Source: Longimicrobiales bacterium (GTDB taxonomy: Bacteria > Gemmatimonadota > Gemmatimonadetes > Longimicrobiales > Gaopeijiaceae). Taken from it: 64,000 nucleotides of DNA. Shown piece by piece: positions 1 through 10,053 of this stretch. The notes under the pieces are model-generated. The model was not told the DNA's origin. It saw nothing but the letters and a program-made list of their open reading frames with translations, and made no database searches. Made by a program: the position numbers and the translations under genes. The DNA lies in assembly GCA_963664435.2 (NCBI GenBank), contig CAXXKM010000003.1, forward strand, positions 256,001 to 320,000, written 5' to 3'. The first letter of the stretch is position 1. The number at the start of each line of letters is the position of its first letter.

Positions 1-1032
1 CTTGTCGGTGAAGAACATGCGAGACTCGAACATCTTCTCGTACACCAGCACGGTGCCGTGGCATTGCGTGGCCGTGACCAGCGCGATCGAGGTGAGATCC
101 GCGGGAAACGCCGGCCAGGGCCCGTCGTCGATCTTGGGCACGTGGCCGAAGGCGTCCGATCGGATGCGTGGCTCGCGATCGCCTCGGACGACCAGCGACC
201 CGCCATCGGGCTCGCACTCGACGCCGAGACGCCGGAACCCCAGCAAGGTCGAATCCAGATGCTCGATCGGGACATCCTCGATGACCAGGTTGCTTCGCGT
301 CACCGCCGCGAGGCCGATGAACGAACCGATTTCGATGTGGTCGGCGCCGATTCCGTATCGGGCTCCGCCCAGTTCCCCGACGCCCTCGATATCGAGAACA
401 TGGGTGCCGATCCCGCGGATGCGCGCACCCATCGCATTCAGCAGGTGGCATAAGTCCTGGACGTGCGGCTCGGCCGCCGCGTTTCGAATCCGGGTGCGGC
501 CACTGGCGAGCGTGGCCGCCATCACGGCGTTCTCGGTGCCGGTTACCGAAGGCTCGTCCAGGAACATCGAAGCGCCTTCCAGCCTGGACGCGTGGATCTC
601 GAATTCGCTGCCAAGACGGGTCTTCCCTCCCAACGCCGCGAGCGCCATGAAGTGAGTGTCCAGCCGACGCCGGCCGATCACGTCACCCCCGGGAGGAGGA
701 AGCAGCACACGTCCGAAGCGCGCAAGCAACGGGCCCGCAAGCAGAATCGAGGCGCGGATGCGCTCCGCGAGCGCGCGCGGGGGACGGACGTCGCTGACCT
801 GTCCGGCATCCACGGTGACCACGTTCGGCCCCTCCCAGGACACTTCCGCGCCCAGGGCCTGCAGGATCGCGGCCAACGCCTCCACATCCTTGATGCGGGG
901 GACGTTTTCCAGGGTGACGGGCTCTGTCGCCAGAAGCGTCGCCGCCAGCGCGGGAAGAGCGGCGTTCTTGTTTCCTGCCGGCCGTATGGTCCCGCTGAGG
1001 GAGTGGCCGCCCTCGACAAGGAAGTGTGCCAT
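1..1032 (-). CDS. murA: UDP-N-acetylglucosamine 1-carboxyvinyltransferase (3' end runs off the window)
   Basis: Not in the ORF track because it has no stop in the window. Manual translation from ATG at 1032 gives MAHFLVEGGHSLSGTIRPAGNKNAALP, the loop PPPGGDVIGRRRLDTH and ...EKMFESRMFFTDK at the window edge. Confidence 0.95.
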   Translation of the reverse strand, partial: MAHFLVEGGHSLSGTIRPAGNKNAALPALAATLLATEPVTLENVPRIKDVEALAAILQALGAEVSWEGPNVVTVDAGQVSDVRPPRALAERIRASILLAGPLLARFGRVLLPPPGGDVIGRRRLDTHFMALAALGGKTRLGSEFEIHASRLEGASMFLDEPSVTGTENAVMAATLASGRTRIRNAAAEPHVQDLCHLLNAMGARIRGIGTHVLDIEGVGELGGARYGIGADHIEIGSFIGLAAVTRSNLVIEDVPIEHLDSTLLGFRRLGVECEPDGGSLVVRGDREPRIRSDAFGHVPKIDDGPWPAFPADLTSIALVTATQCHGTVLVYEKMFESRMFFTDK

Positions 1033-1303
1033 GAGGTGGGGTTGGAAGGGTAGATTGAGAGGACCGGCGGCTGTCAGGCCCCAGGTCGCATCGCCGCGCC
1101 AACATACCACGTCGCCGACGCCCCGGCCAGCGGGATCAGGACGTGCATGGAGGTTCTTGCAGCACTGGCCGCGCATGCGCTAAGTTACTGGAACACATGA
1201 TTCTACAAGCTATTGCAAATACGTTGGATGCACGCTTCGGTGCAGCGCTCCCCGACGAAACCCGGCAGATTCTCCAGCCTTCATTGCCGCTCCCGATCAT
1301 ACG

Positions 1304-1945
1304 ATGATTGCAGCCGTTTGGACGATATTCGCCATGCCGTCCGCCGGCGCGCCGGGGCAGGAACCGGCGCGCGATACGGTTCTGGTCATGGTCGCGCCCT
1401 CCGGGATCGCGAATGTCAGCGAATGGGGCCTCCTGGCCCTTGTGGTGCTGGCCGCCGTCGGCGCCGTGGCGCTGCTGGTGTTCCTCTGGCGCCTGGACGT
1501 GCACGGGCGCCGCCTCACCGCCATCGCGCACCGGATGGAGAACCGGAGCCGGCCGGTGCTCGAACGGGCCGTCGGCGTTGTCGACAACGTGGATGCCATC
1601 ACCCGCTCCCTGCGCGACGAAACCCGCCATCTGACAGGTTCCGTGCGGGCGCTGTCCGACCGGCTGCGGCAGGCTTCGACGCACATGGAGACCCGCATCG
1701 ACGAGTTCAACGCGTTGCTGGAAGTGGTGCAGGCCGAAGCCGAAGAGACGTTTCTGACGACGGCTGCGGCCATCCGCGGGGTGGGTGCGGGCGCGCGCGC
1801 CTTCGAGAACAGGCGGGAAGCCCAACCTTCCGCGCTCCCGCCGGACGGAGAAGAGCCGGCGGAAGCAGCAGACGGCGAGCCCCGCCCCGCCCTCGACGCC
1901 CCCGGCCCGGACGACGGACACGAGCCGCCCGCGGAGACCGGGTAG
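1304..1945 (+). CDS. membrane-anchored coiled-coil hypothetical protein (DUF948-like)
   Basis: 213 aa ORF with a hydrophobic segment (WGLLALVVLAAVGAVALLVFLW), a helical amphipathic region and an acidic tail. Start uncertain. Confidence 0.6.
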   Translation: MIAAVWTIFAMPSAGAPGQEPARDTVLVMVAPSGIANVSEWGLLALVVLAAVGAVALLVFLWRLDVHGRRLTAIAHRMENRSRPVLERAVGVVDNVDAITRSLRDETRHLTGSVRALSDRLRQASTHMETRIDEFNALLEVVQAEAEETFLTTAAAIRGVGAGARAFENRREAQPSALPPDGEEPAEAADGEPRPALDAPGPDDGHEPPAETG

Positions 1946-1995
1946 CGGGAGGCACGGATCGGTGACCGGAAAGAGCGGGCGGGATTCCGGTCGCT

Positions 1996-3435
1996 TCAGT
2001 CGGCATCGGCGTCCAGCGCGGCGCGCAGCAGCTGGTTCACGCGACGCGGGTCCGCCTTGCGTCCGGAGGCGCGCATGACCTGGCCGATCAGAAAGCCGAG
2101 GAGGCGCGTCTCCCCTCCGCGGTAGCGGGCGACTTCCTCCGGATGCGCCGCCACCGCGTCCGCCACCCATCCCTCCAGCACCTGGTCTTCGCAAACCTGG
2201 GTGAGCCCTTCCCGTTGCACGATGGCTGCGGGCGGGTCACCGGTGCGCGCCATGCCGGCGAGAACAGTCCTGGCGGCCGGCGCGGAGAGCGTCCCGCCGT
2301 CGACCAGCGCGATCAGCTCGGCGAGACGCGCGGGCGCCAGCCCCGGAGAGGCAAGGTGGCCGATTCCTCTCTTCACGATCTTGAGCACCGGTCCCATGAC
2401 CCAGTTGGACACTGTCTTGGGCTGCCGCCCGCAAGCCGCCACCGCCTCGAAGTAGTCCGCGAGCGCACGGGACGAAGTGAGCACGCCGGCGTCGTAGGCG
2501 GGCAGGTCGTACTGACGGCGGAAGCGTTCGCGCTTCGCCCGCGGCAACTCTCCCAGATCCGCCCGGAGCCTTGCGACGCGCTGGGCCGGGAGGACGAGAG
2601 GCGGCAGGTCGGGATCGGGGAAGTAGCGGTAGTCCTGGCTGTCCTCCTTGTTCCGCATGACCCGCACGTCGCCCGCCGCGGCATCCCAGAGAAGCGTCTG
2701 GCGGATTATGGCGGCTCCCTCGGCGCGAATCCGGGTCTGGCGCTCGATTTCGACGCCGAGCGCCTTTTCCACGGCCGAGAAGCTGTTGAGGTTCTTGACC
2801 TCCGTGCTCGCCTCGAGACGCTCGCTTCCCTTTTCGCGCAGCGACACGTTCGCATCCACGCGCAGGCTGCCTTCTTCCATGTTGCAATCGGAGATCTCCA
2901 GGTACTCCATCAGCAGCTTGAGGAGCTGCAGGCAGGAGCGCGCTTCCCGGGGAGAACGCAGATCGGGCTCCGAAACGATCTCGATCAGCGGTGTGCCGGT
3001 ACGGTTCAGATCGACGGCGGTCGCGGACGCGAAGCGGTCGTGAAGCGACTTTCCAGCGTCTTCCTCCATGTGCACCCGCCGGATCCGCACCCTCCTGCCA
3101 CTGTCCAGCTCCACGACTCCACCGGTGGCCAGGGGGCGTTCGAACTGGGAGATCTGGTATCCCTTGGGCAGGTCGGGATAGAAGTAGTTCTTGCGGGCGA
3201 AGATCGAGGTGTGGTGGATGGTGCAGTCCAGCGCCAGCGCGGCCCGCAGCGCAAGATCGACCGCTCCCGGGTCGAGCACGGGCAGCGCACCCGGCAACCC
3301 GAGGCAGACCGGGCACACCGAAGTGTTGGGAGGCGCCCCGAACGCCGTCGAGTCCGCGCAGAACAGCTTGCGCCCGGTGTCGAGCTGCACGTGGACCTCG
3401 AGGCCGATCACGGCCTCCAGCGGCGAACCGTTCAT
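1996..3435 (-). CDS. gatB: Asp-tRNA(Asn)/Glu-tRNA(Gln) amidotransferase subunit B
   Basis: VIGLEVHVQL, RKNYFYPDLPKGYQISQ, HMEEDAGKS and YRYFPDPDLPP motifs. Confidence 0.98.
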   Translation of the reverse strand: MNGSPLEAVIGLEVHVQLDTGRKLFCADSTAFGAPPNTSVCPVCLGLPGALPVLDPGAVDLALRAALALDCTIHHTSIFARKNYFYPDLPKGYQISQFERPLATGGVVELDSGRRVRIRRVHMEEDAGKSLHDRFASATAVDLNRTGTPLIEIVSEPDLRSPREARSCLQLLKLLMEYLEISDCNMEEGSLRVDANVSLREKGSERLEASTEVKNLNSFSAVEKALGVEIERQTRIRAEGAAIIRQTLLWDAAAGDVRVMRNKEDSQDYRYFPDPDLPPLVLPAQRVARLRADLGELPRAKRERFRRQYDLPAYDAGVLTSSRALADYFEAVAACGRQPKTVSNWVMGPVLKIVKRGIGHLASPGLAPARLAELIALVDGGTLSAPAARTVLAGMARTGDPPAAIVQREGLTQVCEDQVLEGWVADAVAAHPEEVARYRGGETRLLGFLIGQVMRASGRKADPRRVNQLLRAALDADAD

Positions 3436-4889
3436 ATGGCACTGCCGCCGGCCGGAACCGGAGGAGGTCCCACCGTCCCCAGTTCGGCCTCGATGGCCGC
3501 GGCCGCGGTCAGCAGCGTGTCCTCCCGCCAGTGCGCCGCCATGAGCTGCCCTCCTACGGGAAGCCCCTCCGCCAGCCCGATTGGCACGGACAGTGCGGGC
3601 ACCCCGGCCAGGTTGGCGGGCACGGTGAAGATGTCGGACAGATACATCTGGTAGGGATCGTGGATGCGTTCTCCCAACCTGAAGGCCGGGGTCGGCGAGG
3701 TGGGCGTGAAGAGCACGTCCACGCCGTCACGGAACACCCGCTCGAAATCGTGGGCGATGACGGCCCGCGCCTCTTGCGCACGACCGTAATACGCGTCGTA
3801 GTAGCCCGCCGACAGCGCGTAGGTGCCGAGCAGGATGCGGCGCTTGACCTCGGTGCCGAATCCCTCGGAGCGGGACAGTTCATACAGTCGCTCGGTGGAA
3901 TCCGCCTCCCCGCATCGGCGCCCGAAGCGGACACCGTCGTAGCGGGCGAGATTGGAGGAGGCTTCTGCGGGCGCAATGATGTAGTAGGCGGGAATCGCGT
4001 ATCGGGTGTGAGGGAGGGACACGTCCCGCACCTCCGCGCCCGCCGCCTCCAGTGCGCTCAGGGCCCGCTCCGCCAGCCGGCGCACCACCGGGTCGAGGCG
4101 TGGGGGGAAGTACTCGCGCGGGACGCCGACCACCAGGCCTCGCACCCCCCGATCGCAGGCCGCCGCCAGAGGCGGCACGGGGCGGTTGACCGAGGTGGCG
4201 TCGCGCGGGTCGCGGCCGCTCACGACTTCGAGCAGCGCTGCGGCGTCGCGCACGGTGCGGCCGAGTGCGCCCACCTGGTCGAGAGAGGAGGCGAAGGCGA
4301 CCAGACCGTAGCGGCTCACCCGCCCGTAGGTCGGCTTGATCCCGACCACCCCGCAGAACGAAGCCGGCTGGCGAACCGAACCGCCCGTGTCCGAGCCCAC
4401 CGCCACCGGTACGATGCCCGCGGCCACCGCCGCCGCCGACCCGCCCGAACTGCCCCCGGGAACCCGCTCCCGGTGCCAGGGATTGCGCGTGGGGCCGAAG
4501 GCCGAGTTCTCGGTCGACGATCCCATGCCGAACTCGTCCATGTTGGTCTTGCCGAGCACGACCGCCCCCGCCCGGCGCAGCCGGCGCACGGCGGTGGCTT
4601 CGTAGGGGGAGCGAAATCCCTGCAGGATCCGGGAGCCGCAGGTGGTGGGGAAATCGGCCGTGGCCAGGTTGTCCTTGACCGCAACCGGGATTCCCGCGAG
4701 CGCTCCGTCGCGCGGACCACGTTCCCGACCCGCGCGCTGATCCAGGGCGATGAAGGCGTTCAGCGGAGATGCGCCGAGCTCCCACGCCCCCAACGCCTCC
4801 AGCGCCTCCGCGACCATCGAGTCCGGAGCAAGCTGCCCGTTCCGGACCTCCGCGGCCCGCGCCGCCACCCCGTTCGAGTTCTCCCTCAC
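3432..4889 (-). CDS. gatA: Asp-tRNA(Asn)/Glu-tRNA(Gln) amidotransferase subunit A
   Basis: Amidase signature GKTNMDEFGMGSS, PGGSSGGSAAAVA and GSDTGGSVRQPA. Lies between gatC and gatB. Confidence 0.98.
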   Translation of the reverse strand: MRENSNGVAARAAEVRNGQLAPDSMVAEALEALGAWELGASPLNAFIALDQRAGRERGPRDGALAGIPVAVKDNLATADFPTTCGSRILQGFRSPYEATAVRRLRRAGAVVLGKTNMDEFGMGSSTENSAFGPTRNPWHRERVPGGSSGGSAAAVAAGIVPVAVGSDTGGSVRQPASFCGVVGIKPTYGRVSRYGLVAFASSLDQVGALGRTVRDAAALLEVVSGRDPRDATSVNRPVPPLAAACDRGVRGLVVGVPREYFPPRLDPVVRRLAERALSALEAAGAEVRDVSLPHTRYAIPAYYIIAPAEASSNLARYDGVRFGRRCGEADSTERLYELSRSEGFGTEVKRRILLGTYALSAGYYDAYYGRAQEARAVIAHDFERVFRDGVDVLFTPTSPTPAFRLGERIHDPYQMYLSDIFTVPANLAGVPALSVPIGLAEGLPVGGQLMAAHWREDTLLTAAAAIEAELGTVGPPPVPAGGSAI

Positions 4890-5278
4890 GGCGAGTCCCG
4901 TTCGCCCGATGAACCCGCCACCCCCGGAAGCCGGGGGACGACGAAGAAGCCGTCCCGCCAGTCCGGCGCCATGTGCGAGAGCGGTCGCTCGAGCGGATCC
5001 GGCATGGTCTCATCCCCTTCGGCCGCAGAGCCCGTGCCGCCGGGGTCCTCGCTGCGGGGCCACGCGGCATCCTCGATCCGCGGAACGCCGGACGCCGGGG
5101 ACGGCTCCAGCGCCGTGACCTCACCCAGCACCGCCATGTGTTCCAGGATCGAGCTCATGTCGCGCGCCATGCGTTCCGCCTCCCCTGGCTCGAGACGGAG
5201 ACGCGCGAGCGCCGCAATCCGGTGAATCTCGCGAATGGATACGGTTACGCCCGGCTCCGGCACACGCGGCTCGCTCAC
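4886..5278 (-). CDS. gatC: Asp-tRNA(Asn)/Glu-tRNA(Gln) amidotransferase subunit C
   Basis: C-terminal part of ORF 4886..6256: IHRIAALARLRL...ILEHMAVL...APDWRDGFFVVPR. GTG at 5278 overlaps the pcrA stop (GTGA). Confidence 0.9.
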   Translation of the reverse strand: MSEPRVPEPGVTVSIREIHRIAALARLRLEPGEAERMARDMSSILEHMAVLGEVTALEPSPASGVPRIEDAAWPRSEDPGGTGSAAEGDETMPDPLERPLSHMAPDWRDGFFVVPRLPGVAGSSGERDSP

Positions 5279-7545
5279 TCGAACGCCCTCTCCAGACCCG
5301 CGAAACGAACGAGCATCTTCTTCCTTCCCACGTCGTCGAAATCCACCGTCACCCTGAGATCCGGACCGAAGCCCGAGACCTCCAGGATCGATCCGCAGCC
5401 GAAGGTCCGGTGCACCACGCGTTCCCCCTGCCGGTAGCGGGGGGCGTCCTGGTTCAGATCGTCGTATCCGGACGGATCCGGATCCGGATACACCTGACCC
5501 CGGTCCGCGGACCCGCGACCATGCCCGCCTTCCCTGTACCTGCTTCTCCCGCGCCAGGGGCGGCGGTAGACCTGCAGTCGCGAGGAGCGCCGGTGTTCCA
5601 CCAGTCGCTCGGGGATCGTGTCCAGGAACGACGATGGCCTGGAGGTCACTCCCTCGCCTGCCCGCCACCTTCGCGCCGCGTAGCTGAGATATAGTTTTTC
5701 CTCGGCCCGCGTGATCCCCACGTAGAAAAGCCGCCGTTCCTCCTCCAGCTCTTCGGGCAGCTCCAATGCTCGCGAAAGCGGAAACAGTCCTTCCTCCATC
5801 CCGGCGAGAAAGACGCAGGGAAACTCGAGCCCCTTTGCGCTGTGCAGCGTCATGAGGGTGACCGCGTCGGCGCCGCTGTCGTGCGCGTCGATGCCGGTGA
5901 CCAGGGCGGTGTGCTGAAGGAACAGGTCGAGTTCGCTGGCCCCCGCGGTCTCCTCCTCTTCTCCCAGGTCGTGCTCCGACGGGTCGAAGCGGAAGGCGGC
6001 GGCGATCAACTCCGTCACGTTCGCAGCCCGGTCCTCGCCCTCCGGACCTTCCCTGCGCAGCAGCTCCCGCATGTCCAGCTCGGTGACCACCGCCTCCGTG
6101 ACCTCTCCCGCGTTGCGTTCCCGGGCGAGCGAGCGCCAGCGATCGATCATGCGCGCGAAGCGCCGCAGCATGCGTGCGGTGGACGGCCGGATGCCGTCGA
6201 CCGCATGCGCTTCCGCCGCAGCCTCGAGCGGCGACACCCCGCGTTCCCGCGCCCATGCCCTCAGCCGGCCTCGGGTCATCGTTCCGATGCCGCGTTTCGG
6301 ATAGTTGACGATGCGGTTGAAGGCCTCTTCGTCCCGGGGGTTGGAGATGAGCCGCAGGTAGGCCAGCGCGTCCCGGATCTCGCGTCTCTCATAGAAGCGC
6401 ACGCCCCCGACGATCTGGTAGGGGATGAAGCGCCGCATCAATTCCTCCTCGAGCGCGCGCGACTGGGCGTTGGTGCGGTAGAGGACGGCGAAACTCCCGT
6501 ACGGCCATCCGCACGCCTGCTTCAGCAACTCCGTCTCGTCGGCGATGCAGCGAGCCTCATCGATCTCGGTCGCGGTGTGCAGAACGCTCAACGGTTCCCC
6601 GTCCGCGCGGCGCGTATGCAGCGTCTTGTCCTTGCGGGCAACGTTGTGGGAGATGGCGGCATTGGCCGCGTGGAGGACGTGCCCCGTGGACCGGTAGTTG
6701 CGCTCCAGCCGGACGACGCGGGCGCCGGGGAAGACAGACTCGAACTGGAGGATGTTGCGGATGTCGGCCCCCCGCCATCCATAGATGCTCTGATCGTCGT
6801 CGCCCACCACCATGAGGTTGCCGTGGAGCCGGGCCAGCAGGTCCAGCAGCCGGAACTGCGCATGGTTGGTGTCCTGGTACTCGTCCACCAGCAGGAAGGC
6901 GAAGCGGTCGGCGTACCGGTGCAGGATGTCCGGACGGGACTCGAGCAGCTCAACCGGCTTCATCAGCAGGTCGTCGAAGTCAAAGGCGTTCTGGCGCGCC
7001 AGCGCGGCCTGATACTCGGGGTAGACCAGCGCCGCTGCCGCCGCCAGCGGATCGGCCCCGTCGGCGTTCTCGTCATGAAACCGCTGCGGCCCGATGAGCA
7101 CGTTCTTGGCGGAACTTATGACACCCTGCACCGATCGCGGATTCCATCGGTCCGGGTTGACGCGGACGGCCTTCTGGGCCCGCTTGACCTGGCTCAGGCT
7201 CTGCTCGGCATCGAAGATGGTGAACGGGGCCGTCCGGCCGACCTCGGCCGTGTGGATGCGCAGAAGGCGGGCGCCGAGGGCATGGAAGGTGCCGAGCCAC
7301 ATGCCGCTGGGCTCCTCCCCCAGATAGTTGGCGACGCGCTCGCGCATCTCGCCCGCCGCCTTGTTCGTGAAGGTGACGGCGAGGATGCGATGCGGCGGCA
7401 CCCCGTGCTCGCGCACCAGATGGGCGATCCGGCAGGTGAGCGCCCGCGTCTTCCCGGTGCCCGCGCCGGCGAGCACCAGGAGAGACCCCTCGAAATGGAG
7501 CACGGCGGCCCTCTGCTGGGGGTTCAGTCCCTCCAGATGATCCAC
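5275..7545 (-). CDS. pcrA: UvrD/PcrA ATP-dependent DNA helicase
   Basis: LAGAGTGKT, VDEYQDTN, VGDDDQSIYGWRGA, LERNYRS, TLHSAKGLEF and EERRLFYVGITRA; C-terminal Tudor-like GERVVHRTFGCG. Confidence 0.95.
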   Translation of the reverse strand: MDHLEGLNPQQRAAVLHFEGSLLVLAGAGTGKTRALTCRIAHLVREHGVPPHRILAVTFTNKAAGEMRERVANYLGEEPSGMWLGTFHALGARLLRIHTAEVGRTAPFTIFDAEQSLSQVKRAQKAVRVNPDRWNPRSVQGVISSAKNVLIGPQRFHDENADGADPLAAAAALVYPEYQAALARQNAFDFDDLLMKPVELLESRPDILHRYADRFAFLLVDEYQDTNHAQFRLLDLLARLHGNLMVVGDDDQSIYGWRGADIRNILQFESVFPGARVVRLERNYRSTGHVLHAANAAISHNVARKDKTLHTRRADGEPLSVLHTATEIDEARCIADETELLKQACGWPYGSFAVLYRTNAQSRALEEELMRRFIPYQIVGGVRFYERREIRDALAYLRLISNPRDEEAFNRIVNYPKRGIGTMTRGRLRAWARERGVSPLEAAAEAHAVDGIRPSTARMLRRFARMIDRWRSLARERNAGEVTEAVVTELDMRELLRREGPEGEDRAANVTELIAAAFRFDPSEHDLGEEEETAGASELDLFLQHTALVTGIDAHDSGADAVTLMTLHSAKGLEFPCVFLAGMEEGLFPLSRALELPEELEEERRLFYVGITRAEEKLYLSYAARRWRAGEGVTSRPSSFLDTIPERLVEHRRSSRLQVYRRPWRGRSRYREGGHGRGSADRGQVYPDPDPSGYDDLNQDAPRYRQGERVVHRTFGCGSILEVSGFGPDLRVTVDFDDVGRKKMLVRFAGLERAFE

Positions 7546-7549
7546 CGCA

Positions 7550-8728
7550 TCAGGCCTCGGACGGGAGACGTATGTTGAAGGTCGCGCCGGGCTCCCATTC
7601 GGACACCAGTTCGAGCTTCCCGCGGTGGACGCCCTGCACGATGCGGCGCGCCAGCGTGAGCCCCACGCCCCAGCCGCTCGACTTGGTGGTCACGCCGGGT
7701 TCGAAGATGTCGTCGCGGACGGCGGGATCGATTCCGGGGCCCGAATCGGCGATGCGCACGTCCACCCAACCCGTACCCGCCCCGGAGCATGTGATCGAGA
7801 TCCTGCCTCCGCGCCCGGCCAGGGCGTCGAGGGAATTCTTGAGCACGTTCTCGAGAGCCCAGCTGAGCAGGACGTGGTGACCCCTGACCGCCGGCAGATC
7901 GGAGGGAACATCCACCACCAGTTCCACCTCCGACGCCACGCTGGGAAGACGGGAACGGAAGTAGCCTTCCAGTTCGGCCAGCACCCGGGTCAGGTCGACC
8001 TGGCCCAGGGCGGGCTCGCGGCCGATCAACTCGAAACGGCGCGTAACTCGTTCAAGCCGCTCCACGTCATCTTCGAGTTCGTGCAGGATCTCGCCCTCGG
8101 ACAGCTTTCCCGGCCGCTCGGGCCCGGGCAACTTGAGTACTTCGACCCAGCCGTGCAGCGAAGAGATGGGGGTACCCAGCTGGTGCGCCAGTTCGCGCGC
8201 CATCACCGTCCAGGCGCGTTCTCCGGCCACCCTCCGCTGGTATCGCACCAGTCCCGCCAGCATGAGCACGACGAGCGCCAACCCCCCTGCCTGAAGCCAT
8301 GGAATCCAGCGCAGGCGCGTCAGGATCGGGGGTGGGCCGTAGTGGATGTGCTGTACATCGGGAGTGCCGACCGGAGGATTTCGCTGGTCCAGCGTGGCGA
8401 TGTAGCCCCGCACCTGCTCCTGTCCGGCGGGGGTACCGAGATCCACTTCGAAGGGCAGGTTCTCGACTGCCAGCACCGTATCGCCGGGGCCGGTCATCAC
8501 GAACGGCACGCCCGAATCCGTGATCAGCAGCTGAAGCCGCCTGAGAGCCTGGATGGAACTGCCTTCCCCCGGGTCGGTCAGGCCTTCCATGACCTCGGCA
8601 TAGATCCGCGTGAAGATCTCGCTGTCGGCCCGCAGCGCGCGCACGATTTGCTGTGTGTAGAGCAGATACCAGCCGGCGAGGGCCACGAAGAGCGCCGCCA
8701 GTCCGACGTACCAGCGTTTCGGCGACAC
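7550..8728 (-). CDS. two-TM sensor histidine kinase
   Basis: Two TM segments, H-box MARELAHQLGTPISSL, N-box ENVLKNSLDA, DSGPGI and GWGVGL. Confidence 0.92.
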   Translation of the reverse strand: MSPKRWYVGLAALFVALAGWYLLYTQQIVRALRADSEIFTRIYAEVMEGLTDPGEGSSIQALRRLQLLITDSGVPFVMTGPGDTVLAVENLPFEVDLGTPAGQEQVRGYIATLDQRNPPVGTPDVQHIHYGPPPILTRLRWIPWLQAGGLALVVLMLAGLVRYQRRVAGERAWTVMARELAHQLGTPISSLHGWVEVLKLPGPERPGKLSEGEILHELEDDVERLERVTRRFELIGREPALGQVDLTRVLAELEGYFRSRLPSVASEVELVVDVPSDLPAVRGHHVLLSWALENVLKNSLDALAGRGGRISITCSGAGTGWVDVRIADSGPGIDPAVRDDIFEPGVTTKSSGWGVGLTLARRIVQGVHRGKLELVSEWEPGATFNIRLPSEA

Positions 8729-8744
8729 CCGCCCCGCCGCCTCG

Positions 8745-10022
8745 TCAGGGAAGCAGGCGACCGCCGCCGAGTCGCTCGGCCAGCGGTTCCGGCAGGGTCA
8801 CGCTCCCGTCCTCTCCCTGGCCGTTCTCCAGCAGAGCGACCAGCAGCCTCGGCAGAGCGAGCGCCGAACCGTTCAGTGTGTGTACGAATTCCGGCTTCCG
8901 GCCGGGATGGGGCCGGTAACGCAGGCTCGCGCGCCGCGCCTGGTAGTCGGTGGTCGTACTGACGCTCGACACCTCCAGCCAACGGCGCACGCCCGGGGCC
9001 CAGACCTCCAGATCGTAGGTCATCGCCGACCAGAAGCCCAGATCGCCCGTGGCCAGGCTGAGTACGCGATAGCGGAGCCCCAGACGCTGGAGAATCACCT
9101 CGGCCTCCGCGGTCATCTCCTCGAGTGCCTCCCGGCTTCGCTCGGGAGTCTCATAGCGCACGAGCTCCACCTTGTCGAACTGGTGCACGCGCAGGAGGCC
9201 GCGGGTATCCGCGCCCGCCGCGCCGGCTTCGCGCCGGAAGCAGGGCGAGTAGGCGGTGTAGCGAAGAGGCAATTCGTCCGCGGAGAGGATCTCGCCCCTG
9301 TGCATGTTGGTGAGGGGCACCTCGGAAGTGGGAATCAGCCAGAGGTCGTCCAGCGTGGTAACGTATGCATCCTCCTCGAACTTCGGGAGATGGCCCGTGG
9401 CGGTAAGGCTCTCTCGGTTGACCATGTAGGGTACGCGCACCTCGGTGTAGCCGTGCTCCCGGACATGCAGATCGAGCATGTAGCCGATCAGTTCCCTCTG
9501 CATGCGCGCGCCGCGGCCCGTGAGAACCGGAAACCCGGAACCTGATATCCGGGCCCCGCGCGCAAGGTCGAGGAGCCCCAGCCGTTCCCCCAACTCCCAG
9601 TGTGGCTTCGGCTCAAAATCGAAGCGCCGCTTCGTTCCCCATCTACGGACCAGCGCGTTGGCCTCCTCGCCGCCATCCGGCACTTCGGCGAGCGGCAGGT
9701 TGGGCAGCTCCAGAAGGGTGTTCCGGATGTGCGCCTCGGCATCCTCCACCACTTCGCCCAGCGCGTCGATGCGGCCGCCCACCCTGCGCATTTCGACGAT
9801 CAGATCGTCCGCCGATTCACCCCTTCGCCTCAGTTCGCCGATGCGGCGGGAAACGGCGTTGCGGCGCGCCCGGAGCTCATCGGCCTCTCCGATCGCGGAC
9901 CGGCGCCGCTCGTCGAGGGCGAGGAGGTGTTCGACCCGGGCTGCCCCGCCCGAGATGCCGCGCCGCGCCAGTCCGGCACGAACCAGATCCGGCTGCGCCC
10001 GAATCATCCGCAGGTCGAGCAT
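8745..10022 (-). CDS. serS: serine--tRNA ligase
   Basis: Start MLDLRMIR at 10022; LIPTSEVP, FRREAG, RVHQFDKVE and HTLNGSALA. Confidence 0.98.
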   Translation of the reverse strand: MLDLRMIRAQPDLVRAGLARRGISGGAARVEHLLALDERRRSAIGEADELRARRNAVSRRIGELRRRGESADDLIVEMRRVGGRIDALGEVVEDAEAHIRNTLLELPNLPLAEVPDGGEEANALVRRWGTKRRFDFEPKPHWELGERLGLLDLARGARISGSGFPVLTGRGARMQRELIGYMLDLHVREHGYTEVRVPYMVNRESLTATGHLPKFEEDAYVTTLDDLWLIPTSEVPLTNMHRGEILSADELPLRYTAYSPCFRREAGAAGADTRGLLRVHQFDKVELVRYETPERSREALEEMTAEAEVILQRLGLRYRVLSLATGDLGFWSAMTYDLEVWAPGVRRWLEVSSVSTTTDYQARRASLRYRPHPGRKPEFVHTLNGSALALPRLLVALLENGQGEDGSVTLPEPLAERLGGGRLLP

Positions 10023-10053
10023 GGCCCAGAGGGGGTGTAAGGGATGAGAGGGC

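Noticed and set aside
2..1183. Plus-strand ORFs listed at the window start
   Set aside because: They are antisense to murA, which the track misses because it has no stop codon in the window.
1180..1225. AT-richer patch between murA and the divergent membrane protein gene, possibly an IHF or dif site
   Set aside because: Only partial matches to either consensus; most simply promoter DNA.
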